Assembly (NCBI GenBank): GCA_031416315.1
Contig: JANOTL010000182.1
Span: 1-15,382 of the forward strand
Direction: 5' to 3'
Source of the DNA: Pseudomonadota bacterium
Lineage (GTDB): Bacteria > Bdellovibrionota_B > Oligoflexia > Oligoflexales > CAIYRB01
DNA: 15,382 nt
Under the pieces are notes generated by a model that saw only the letters and a list, made by a program, of their open reading frames with translations, searched no databases and was not told the DNA's origin. The translations under genes were made by a program, and so were the position numbers. Below, in pieces: positions 8,737-15,382 of the stretch (the first letter of the stretch is position 1; the number at the start of each line of letters is the position of its first letter).

Positions 8737-9175
8737 CGCTCGCCGAAGGCGATGCGCATGACGGCGCTCGCCGAGACGGCGGCGGCGAGCTGCTCGGATG
8801 CCGCAAAGACCGGGTCGAGTGAGCTGAGTTCGAGCGCCTCGGCCATCTCCTCGGTCAGATACCTGTGGGCGCGGAGGTCACTGATGACGGCTTGGGCCAC
8901 CGCTTCCACGATGCCCGCGACCTCCTCGTCGGTCGGACCAGGGAGGTGATGAAACACGGGCACGGGACCGGCCGCCGAGAAGACGCCGTCGAGGGCGACG
9001 GTGTGGAAGTGGATGTTGAGATTCAAAGCGCTACCGAACCGCTGCACGAAGGTGACCCCGCCGCTCACGGGCTGCTTAACGCCGCGCTCCTTCGCCTTGT
9101 GGGTGTTGTAAAGCTGGATCATTGCCGTGACGCGGCGGTGGATGATGCTTGTCAGCTTCCGGCTTGCAGCCAGCC
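8737..9175 (-). mobile_element. IS91-family transposase internal fragment, copy 2
   Basis: Translates LAASRKL...GGVTFVQRFGSALNLNIHFHTVALDGVF...RIAFGER, the typical QRFGSALNLNxHFH signature of IS91/IS801-like Y2 transposases. Truncated at both ends. Confidence 0.88.
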
Positions 9176-9277
9176 GCCGAGCAAAAGATCGGACGACGCG
9201 TCGATGGCGCGTCGGCGCGGGCGTCGCCGGAACTCGGGAAAGCAGGCCTCGAGCTTTTTCTTCCGGCTCTTCAACGT

Positions 9278-9865
9278 CTAATGCGTCGCCCAACTATCCT
9301 GAACGTCCCGCGACAACATCCGCTCGACCGCCCCGATCGCCGCCTGACTCGAGACCGGCCCGTCGTGCCGGTAGAGAACGCGCCCAGTATTGTCGAGCAC
9401 GATCGTGACCGGCAGCGTCTTCACCGCAAAGGCCTCTGCGACCTGGCCATCCGTGTCGAACAGAATCGGAAAATGCTCGGCGCTGACCCGGCCGGTGCGT
9501 TGCACGGCGGCCCAGTCGTCGCCGGTCGCGATGGCGTACATCCCGTAACGCTTGTTCTTCCGCTTCTTCCAGATGGCGTCGAGATAGGGCTTCTCGTCCA
9601 TGCAGGCGACGCACCAGCTCGCCCAGAAATTGAGGACGACGGGACCGCCGCGCAGCTCCTCGGAGCTCACCACCTTCGCGCCCGGGCCCTGGGCTTCCGG
9701 CTCGACCAGCGGCAAGGCGAACGCCGGCGCCATGGGCAGCTCCGGCTGCGTCTTGCGCCGCTCCATCGCCCAAGAGTCCGCGAAAAAACTGATCAGAGCG
9801 TACGCGGCCGCAACCGGCACGACGTACCAGAGGTGCTTCACGACGCTGCGCAGGCGGCTCTTCAA
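9278..9865 (-). CDS. TlpA/ResA-family membrane-anchored thiol-disulfide oxidoreductase
   Basis: N-terminal TM, VVLNFWASWCVACMDE and cis-Pro motif LPVTIVLD. Likely start is TTG 9865 overlapping the upstream TGA; GTG 9841 is an alternative. Confidence 0.9.
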   Translation of the reverse strand: MKSRLRSVVKHLWYVVPVAAAYALISFFADSWAMERRKTQPELPMAPAFALPLVEPEAQGPGAKVVSSEELRGGPVVLNFWASWCVACMDEKPYLDAIWKKRKNKRYGMYAIATGDDWAAVQRTGRVSAEHFPILFDTDGQVAEAFAVKTLPVTIVLDNTGRVLYRHDGPVSSQAAIGAVERMLSRDVQDSWATH

Positions 9866-10053
9866 CTCTTGCTGCGCTTGTAGAGAAAGTAGATCAAGCC
9901 ACCGATGCCGCTGACCGGCACCGCGGACATCAAAGCCGTGCTGAGGAGGAAGGCCTGGCGGCTTTCCTCGCGACCGAAGCCGCACACGGTGCAAGCGAGC
10001 GCTGACGATGCCGGCAGGAGCGTTGCCGCAAAAGCCCAGAGAAATTTCGCCAT
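9862..10053 (-). CDS. 63-aa membrane peptide: signal peptide, CxxC, TM helix
   Basis: GAGGA RBS, then MAKFLWAFAATLLPASSALA-CTVCGFGREESRQAFLLSTALMSAVPVSGIGGLIYFLYKRSKS*. It fills the gap between subunit III-b and TlpA. Confidence 0.75.
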   Translation of the reverse strand: MAKFLWAFAATLLPASSALACTVCGFGREESRQAFLLSTALMSAVPVSGIGGLIYFLYKRSKS

Positions 10054-10064
10054 GACCGGAGTCC

Positions 10065-10673
10065 TCAGAAGTAGACGAGGCCGTAAAGCATGGGCCAGAC
10101 GCCGACGATGAAGTACCAGAAAATGCGCATCGCCGTGAAGCCCGCAGGCGTGAGCGTACCGCGCTTCATGCGATAGTACACGTAGCTCATCGCGATCACG
10201 GCTGACAGAGCATGCAGGCCGTGCGTGCCGATCAGCAGGAAAAACGTCGCCCCGAAGAGGCCGGACTGCAGAGTCATGCCGAACTTGATCAGCTTCACCC
10301 ACTCGTAACCCTGGAATGTAACGAAGAAAACCCCGAGAGTCAGGGAGCCGAGGTAGGTCCGCGTCACACGTTCTTTTAAGGCGGGGTTGGCGAACTGGCG
10401 TCCGGCGAGGAAGATCAGGAGGCCACTCATCATGAGAATGACCGTGTTCAGCGCGGTCGTGGCGACCGGCAGACGCACGTTCTCCGGCGGCACCCAAGTG
10501 TTGCCCGTCCCGGCTTTGATGATCACGTAGGCGCTGACCAGCGCGGAAAAGAAAATCGCCTCCGTGATCACGAAGATCAAGGTGGCGAGCACGGCGTTCT
10601 CGAGCAGGGGCTTACGGCGGGAGGATCCGCCGCTGCCGGAGGCCTCGATCAAGCCGAGCGCGGCGGCACTCAT
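10065..10673 (-). CDS. ctaE: Heme-copper oxidase subunit III paralogue b (short, 5-TM)
   Basis: FVITEAIFFSAL, ALNTVILMMSG, FQGYEW, LIGTHGLHAL and FWYFIVGVW. ATG 10673 overlaps the subunit IV stop (ATGA). Confidence 0.88.
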   Translation of the reverse strand: MSAAALGLIEASGSGGSSRRKPLLENAVLATLIFVITEAIFFSALVSAYVIIKAGTGNTWVPPENVRLPVATTALNTVILMMSGLLIFLAGRQFANPALKERVTRTYLGSLTLGVFFVTFQGYEWVKLIKFGMTLQSGLFGATFFLLIGTHGLHALSAVIAMSYVYYRMKRGTLTPAGFTAMRIFWYFIVGVWPMLYGLVYF

Positions 10674-11131
10674 GGATTGTTTCCTTGGTTCGGAAGCTTC
10701 CCGGCGTTCGATTCTTTCGCGCCCGGATCCGGCTTGTAATTTGGGTCGCTCAGTCCAGGGTTGTTCTTGTGGTCTTCGATCAACTTGATCGCCGAGTCCT
10801 TCACCCAGTTTTGTCCCGTCGGCTTCATGAGGTCGGTCATGACGCCGAGGAAGAACATCGCGACCGCGAGCAGCATCGCATAGAGCACGTAGTGGACGAA
10901 CCTTTTCTCGATCTTGAGATGCATGAAGTAGGCGCAAACGATCAACGCCTTGACGAAGGCGATGCCGAAGGCCGTGATGATCGTGAGGACGCGGATCTCG
11001 AGCATCGGGCCGGCGACCGAGATCGCGAAGAGCACGAGCAGCAAGAGATAGATTTTCACGTAGTGCATCGTGCCGTGGCCGTGATGCTCGTGATGCGGAT
11101 GCGCGTCGGCGGTATGAGACGTGTTAGCCAT
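10670..11131 (-). CDS. ctaF: Cytochrome c oxidase subunit IV family protein
   Basis: His-rich N-terminus, YVKIYLLLLVL, AFVKALIVCAYFMHLK signature and 3 TM helices. Confidence 0.88.
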   Translation of the reverse strand: MANTSHTADAHPHHEHHGHGTMHYVKIYLLLLVLFAISVAGPMLEIRVLTIITAFGIAFVKALIVCAYFMHLKIEKRFVHYVLYAMLLAVAMFFLGVMTDLMKPTGQNWVKDSAIKLIEDHKNNPGLSDPNYKPDPGAKESNAGKLPNQGNNP

Positions 11132-11143
11132 CGGATCAGGTCC

Positions 11144-11716
11144 TCACTTCGCGATGTAGAGGAGCGGGAACAGGAAGATCCACACGACGTCGACGAAGTG
11201 CCAGTAGATGCCGATCAGCTCGACGCGGTGCAGGTTCTTGTTGCGTATGCAGTCGAGGGAGATGATCGCCATGATGACCATGCCGGCGATCACGTGCAAC
11301 CCGTGCAGGCCGGCGGCGGTGTAGTAGAAGGACCAAAAGAGGCTCTGCGTGATGGTGAACCCGTTCAGGATCTCCGTCGTCCATTCGATCGACTTGATGA
11401 CGAGGAAGGTGGCGCCCCCGCCGATCGTCAGCCAAAGAAATCCGGCCGCCTTCGTGCCCTGGCCCTTTTCGGCCGCCTGGTGGGCGAGCACGGCGAAAAG
11501 CGACGACGTCAGAAGGACGAAGGTGTTGATCGCGCCGGCGACAGTGTTGGTGTGGGCCGCGCTCTCCGACCAGTGACCATAGAGTTGCCGCAGGATGATG
11601 TACGCGCCGAGCAGGCCGCCGAAGATCACGATCTCCGAGCCGAGGACCCACCAGATCGCCAGGCGGCCGGTCGGGACGCCGGAGGCACTTCTACGCGTTG
11701 CAAGGGGTTGAGCCAC
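11144..11716 (-). CDS. ctaE: Heme-copper oxidase subunit III paralogue a (short, 5-TM)
   Basis: GTG start with GAGG RBS, GRLAIWWVLGSEIVIFGGL, INTFVLLTSS, GLHGLHVIAG and GIYWHFVDVVWIFLFPLLY. Confidence 0.92.
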   Translation of the reverse strand: MAQPLATRRSASGVPTGRLAIWWVLGSEIVIFGGLLGAYIILRQLYGHWSESAAHTNTVAGAINTFVLLTSSLFAVLAHQAAEKGQGTKAAGFLWLTIGGGATFLVIKSIEWTTEILNGFTITQSLFWSFYYTAAGLHGLHVIAGMVIMAIISLDCIRNKNLHRVELIGIYWHFVDVVWIFLFPLLYIAK

Positions 11717-11751
11717 GATATCCTCTTCGTTCAGGTCGGGAACGCTTCAGT

Positions 11752-13476
11752 TCAGTTCGGTTCGTTCTGCGGCCAGAAGTCTTGCGCGCGTCCGGGGACG
11801 CTGAACTCGTACGGGCCGCGGTACACGGTCGGCATCGTCGCGAAGTTGCCGTGCGGCGGCGGCGACGGGCACTGCCACTCGAGCGTGTTGGCGTTCCACG
11901 GGTTCGGGCCGGCCTTCTTGCCCTTGAACATGCTCCAGACGAAGTTGATTAGGAACGGCACCTGGAACGCCAGCATGACGATCAAGGAGATCGTGGCGAA
12001 CACGCGCCAGCGGTACATGTCCGGCGTGTTGAGGTCGATGAAGTTCTGGTAGTTCGAGATGCGGCGGTGGTCGCCGGCGGCCCCGAGGAAAAAGAGCGGG
12101 ATGAAGATGCCGTTGAACGCCAGGGTCGTGCCCCAGAAGTGGATCTTGCCCCAGGTCTCATTCATGAAGCGGCCGAAGATCTTCGGGAACCAATAGTAGA
12201 TACCCGAGTACACCGCGATGATGGCGATCGGCACGAAGGTGTAATGGAAGTGGGCGATCACGAAGTACGTGTCGTGGAAGTACACGTCCGCGCCGGAGGC
12301 TCCGAGGAAGATGCCGGTGACGCCGCCGATCAGGAACTCGGCGACGAAGCAGAGCGCGAAGAGCATCGCCGTGCTGAGCGTGATCGAGCCGCCGTAGAGG
12401 GTCGCAATGTAGACGAAAAGCATCTCGGCGATCGGCACGGAGATGATCACGGTCGTGACCGCGAAGACGTTCGCCATGCGCGGGTCGATGCCCGAGATGA
12501 ACTGGTGGTGGGCCCACACGAAGAACGAGATGATGCCCGTCGCGATCGCCGTGTAGAGGACCGTCTTGTAGCCGAAGAGCTTCTTGCGGGAGAAGGTGCA
12601 CATGACCTCCGCCACGATGCCCATTGCCGGCAGGAGGACGACGTAGACCTCGGGGTGGCCGAAGAACCAGAACAAGTGCTGCCAGAGGACGGGGTCGCCG
12701 CCGCGGGCCGGGTCGAAGAAGCCGGTCCCCAATGTCTGGTCAAAGACGAGCATCGCGGCGCCGGCGATCAGCGGACCGACCGAGGCCATGAAGAGGATCG
12801 AGGCGATAACGATGAACCAGACGACGATCGGGATGTCGTGCCACTTCATGCCGGGCGCGCGTGCGTTCATCAGGGTGGTGATGAAGTTGATGCCGCCGAG
12901 GAGGAAGGCCACGAACTCGAGCGCGATCGCGATGACCCAGAGCGACGAGCCGAGCGGCGTCAGGTTGTACTCGGCCTTCGCCGAGAGCGGCGGATAGGCC
13001 GTCCAGGCGCCGCCGAAGCTGCCGCCCGGAACGAAGAAGGAGGCTAGGAGCACGATGATTGAAAGAAGGAAGATCTGGTACGACAAGCGATTGATGCGTG
13101 GAAACACCATGTCGTCGCAGCCGATCATCAGCGGGATCAAGATGTTCCCGAAGGCCGCGATGAGGACCGGCATGGCGAACCAGAAGATCATCACCGCGCC
13201 GTGGTTCGTCACCAGCATGTTGTAGTTCGCCGGGCTCACGAGGCCGAAGCCCGGGACGTCGATGCCCGGGAAGGCGAGGTTCATCCGGAAGACGTAGACG
13301 AAGAAGGCGCCGAGGATGCCCATGAGCATGCCGGTAAAGAGGTACTGCAGCCCGATGATCTTGTGGTCGAGCGGGAAGAAGTACTTCGAGATGAACCCAG
13401 GCTCGTGGTGCTCGCCGTGACCGTGGTCGTCATGGGGCTCGTGGGCGTGGGCGGTCTTGGTGGTGGTCTTGGCCAT
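11752..13476 (-). CDS. ctaD: Cytochrome c oxidase subunit I, A1-type motif (GHPEVY), atypical K-channel
   Basis: DHKIIG, NHGAVM, DMVFPRIN, WTAYPPLS, WFFGHPEVY, WAHHQF, HDTYFVIAHFHY and an RR pair. All six His ligands are present. Confidence 0.97.
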   Translation of the reverse strand: MAKTTTKTAHAHEPHDDHGHGEHHEPGFISKYFFPLDHKIIGLQYLFTGMLMGILGAFFVYVFRMNLAFPGIDVPGFGLVSPANYNMLVTNHGAVMIFWFAMPVLIAAFGNILIPLMIGCDDMVFPRINRLSYQIFLLSIIVLLASFFVPGGSFGGAWTAYPPLSAKAEYNLTPLGSSLWVIAIALEFVAFLLGGINFITTLMNARAPGMKWHDIPIVVWFIVIASILFMASVGPLIAGAAMLVFDQTLGTGFFDPARGGDPVLWQHLFWFFGHPEVYVVLLPAMGIVAEVMCTFSRKKLFGYKTVLYTAIATGIISFFVWAHHQFISGIDPRMANVFAVTTVIISVPIAEMLFVYIATLYGGSITLSTAMLFALCFVAEFLIGGVTGIFLGASGADVYFHDTYFVIAHFHYTFVPIAIIAVYSGIYYWFPKIFGRFMNETWGKIHFWGTTLAFNGIFIPLFFLGAAGDHRRISNYQNFIDLNTPDMYRWRVFATISLIVMLAFQVPFLINFVWSMFKGKKAGPNPWNANTLEWQCPSPPPHGNFATMPTVYRGPYEFSVPGRAQDFWPQNEPN

Positions 13477-13500
13477 GGCAGTTTCTGCTCGCTCTCGGGT

Positions 13501-14214
13501 TCAGTTGGCGGCCAGGGAGGCGCGTTGCTTCAGCCACGCGTCGTGCGCGGCGTCGTCTTCCACCGTGATGCGCGACCGCATCAGGCCGTGGCCGATGCCG
13601 CACATCTCGGCGCATTGAAAGTCCCAGGTTCCGGTCTTGATCGGCTTGAACCAGCCGGTGATCGTCCGGCCGGGGACGGCGTCCTGCTTCAGCCGGAAGA
13701 CCGGCACCGACAGGCTGTGCATCACGTCGATGGACTCGAGCTTGAAGTGATACGTCTTGTTCACGCGGACGTGCAGCTCGTCGATCGTCTCGACGTCGTC
13801 CGGGGTGCCGAGCTGGCGGTCGGCGCCCGGATGCACGAAGCGCCAGGACCACTGCTGGCCGATGACGCGGATCGTCTCGTCCGCCGGCGGCAGCTCCTGC
13901 TTGATGTGGTGCCACGTCTTGATCGCGAAGAAGATGATCACCACGTCGCAAAGTAGGACGAGGTTATGCGGGAGGTGGATCCACTTCATCTCCTCCTTCT
14001 TCTCGCCCGAGACGTACAGCGCCTTCACGCCGTCCCGCTTCCGGTACTTGAAGATGAAGTAGAAGAAGATGACTTCCGAGAGGATCAACCAGAAGCCGAC
14101 GAGCACGCCGACCAAGAGAATCAGGAAGTCGACATCGGAGGCGAAGCTCGACGCCTGCTCGATCAGCGCGGCGGCGGGGGACGTCGCCTGGGTGAACTTG
14201 TCTAGGAATTCCAT
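13501..14214 (-). CDS. ctaC: Cytochrome c oxidase subunit II (CuA, no fused cytochrome c)
   Basis: Two TM helices, GQQWSWRF, DVMHS, KQDAVPGR and CAEMCGIGHGLM (complete CuA ligand set). Confidence 0.95.
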   Translation of the reverse strand: MEFLDKFTQATSPAAALIEQASSFASDVDFLILLVGVLVGFWLILSEVIFFYFIFKYRKRDGVKALYVSGEKKEEMKWIHLPHNLVLLCDVVIIFFAIKTWHHIKQELPPADETIRVIGQQWSWRFVHPGADRQLGTPDDVETIDELHVRVNKTYHFKLESIDVMHSLSVPVFRLKQDAVPGRTITGWFKPIKTGTWDFQCAEMCGIGHGLMRSRITVEDDAAHDAWLKQRASLAAN

Positions 14215-14241
14215 ACGCGAGCCTCGAGAGGTTCAGGATGC

Positions 14242-14361
14242 TCAGAATGCATAGATGAGCACGGCGACCATGAAGACGATTACGCCGCCGAGCGTCATGT
14301 AGAACAAGCGCTTCAACAGATGCTCGCCGTTCATGAACTTGTGATCGTCACCACTGGCCAC
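14242..14361 (-). CDS. 39-aa single-TM micro-protein in the oxidase operon (absent from ORF track)
   Basis: GAGGAG RBS 7 nt before GTG 14361, encoding MASGDDHKFMNGEHLLKRLFYMTLGGVIVFMVAVLIYAF* with GC3-rich codons. It fills the c4-to-subunit II gap. Confidence 0.75.
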   Translation of the reverse strand: MASGDDHKFMNGEHLLKRLFYMTLGGVIVFMVAVLIYAF

Positions 14362-14389
14362 GCCGGTTCTCCTCTACGCGAAGGGAAGA

Positions 14390-15064
14390 TCAGTTCTTCG
14401 ACGAATGCTGCTGCTGCGGAGGGGTCAAAGCGTTGATGTAAGCAATCACGTCGAGCATCCCCTGGTCGTCGAGGAGCATCGCGTTCGGCCGCATCGAGGC
14501 ACCGATCGGATCGCGCGCTACGTCTCCGCCACGCGCGCCGGACTTGAAGTTCTTCAGCTGCGTGAGGAGGTACCAGTCGCTCTGTCCCGCGAGCTTCGGC
14601 GCGTTCAGCTCTTTGTTGCCGTTGCCGTCGGGGCCGTGGCATGCCGAGCAGACGGCATACTTCTGCTCGCCCTTGACGAGGCTGCCTTTCAAGGTCGGCT
14701 GCGCGGGGACCGGCTTCATCGCCGCGACGTATTTCGCCACCGCCTTCAGCTCGTCGTCCCGCTTGAGGAAGCGGGCCATCGGCGCCATGCGGGTGCCGGC
14801 GATGTCGAGCGGATGCGTCCCGCGCGCTCCGGAGCGGTAGTTCACGAGCTGACGCTCGACGTACCATTCCGGCAGTCCGGCGATGCCGGGCGCGCCGATG
14901 GACTCTTGGCCGCCGCCGTCCTCCGCATGACATTGCTGGCAGAGGCGCGTGAAGATCACGGCATCCCGGACAGCCTCGGCATGCGCGGGGGTCGCGCGGG
15001 TCGCGAGGAGAAAGCCAGTGAGCAGAAGGAGGACGACAGGAATGGAACGCAACCGGAAATCCAT
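14390..15064 (-). CDS. Diheme cytochrome c4-type protein, probable electron donor to the oxidase
   Basis: Signal peptide from ATG 15064 (the ORF track extends to 15130), CQQCH and CSACH, duplicated PxL/IAG...WY...QLxN segments and a distal Met in each domain. Confidence 0.9.
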   Translation of the reverse strand: MDFRLRSIPVVLLLLTGFLLATRATPAHAEAVRDAVIFTRLCQQCHAEDGGGQESIGAPGIAGLPEWYVERQLVNYRSGARGTHPLDIAGTRMAPMARFLKRDDELKAVAKYVAAMKPVPAQPTLKGSLVKGEQKYAVCSACHGPDGNGNKELNAPKLAGQSDWYLLTQLKNFKSGARGGDVARDPIGASMRPNAMLLDDQGMLDVIAYINALTPPQQQHSSKN

Positions 15065-15242
15065 CGGCAACACCCACAACCAATAAGGCCAGATGGTATT
15101 TTTGGTATCACTCACTTTAGGTTTAAGCAACGGATAATCGAACGCAATCGGCCCTCGGACGCCACAGGCAGCGCTCTCTGCTGCCTCGGCGCGCCCCGTC
15201 CCTAGCGCTTACCCCGGGGGAACGGCACGACGAGCTATTCGA

Positions 15243-15382
15243 CTAGTTAGTCTCTGGCGCGAAACGCGCCAGAGACTATCGTGAGGTGCAAAGCGACGAA
15301 GGTTCTCGGCGATACCCAACTGTTTCGATCGTCGCGGTGATATCCTTGGCTGCGCTCTGGATAGTCTCTGGCGCGTTTCGCG
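15243..15382. repeat. Inverted pair of REP-like palindromes (REPIN-like), truncated by window end
   Basis: CTAGT + TAGTCTCTGGCGCG-AAA-CGCGCCAGAGACTA (15248-15278) + TC. Bases 15360-15382 (GATAGTCTCTGGCGCGTTTCGCG) are the exact reverse complement of 15258-15280. The spacer has imperfect inner arms. Confidence 0.8.

Noticed and set aside
9264..9866. 12-bp direct repeat CGGCTCTTCAAC (9264-9275 and 9855-9866) flanking tlpA, a possible target-site duplication
   Set aside because: tlpA is an integral, translationally coupled operon gene with no mobility features. A single 12-mer match in 15 kb is compatible with chance.
11752..13476. Subunit I as a nitric oxide reductase (cNOR/qNOR or B-family-derived NOR)
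   Set aside because: It retains the HPEVY cross-link Tyr, a full D-channel and an A-type CuA subunit II, III and IV set. The sequence supports an A-family oxidase, though NO activity is not excluded.
10685..13956. Long plus-strand ORFs (10685-12052, 12067-13047, 13201-13956) and similar ones opposite the kinase, diheme and c4 genes
   Set aside because: Antisense shadows of GC3-rich genes with no recognisable motifs.
15065..15242. FNR/RegA/sigma-54 sites upstream of the oxidase operon
   Set aside because: An AT-richer promoter-like stretch is present, but no convincing consensus match could be identified by eye.
15243..15382. Palindromic repeats as a CRISPR array or integron attC sites
   Set aside because: The copies are inverted or dispersed rather than regularly spaced direct repeats. 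No cas or integrase gene and no RYYYAAC/GTTRRRY boxes are present.

Overview
High-GC bacterial window. The right third (minus strand, about 15064 to 9278) is a compact cytochrome c oxidase operon: diheme c4-type cytochrome, a 39-aa membrane micro-protein, subunit II (CuA), subunit I, two short subunit III paralogues flanking subunit IV, a 63-aa CxxC membrane peptide and a TlpA thioredoxin. An SCO copper chaperone and a membrane/PAS hybrid histidine kinase lie at the left end. Between them, two 96%-identical IS91-family (HUH/Y2) transposase remnants bracket about 4.9 kb holding an intact RoxA/MauG-like diheme protein, a stand-alone CycH/CcmI Ig-like domain and several decayed genes. REP-like palindromic elements with compensatory base changes occur at both window ends. 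The standout observation is in oxidase subunit I. It keeps all six metal-ligand His, the HPEVY Glu/Tyr and the D-channel, but its K proton channel appears erased (natural K362M, T359I, S299A, S365V in R. sphaeroides numbering). It also has a new Glu in helix VIII, and subunit II TM2 carries extra His/Asn/Asp, which suggests an A-family oxidase with a rewired ion pathway. All family assignments are by eye from motifs; no searches were run.
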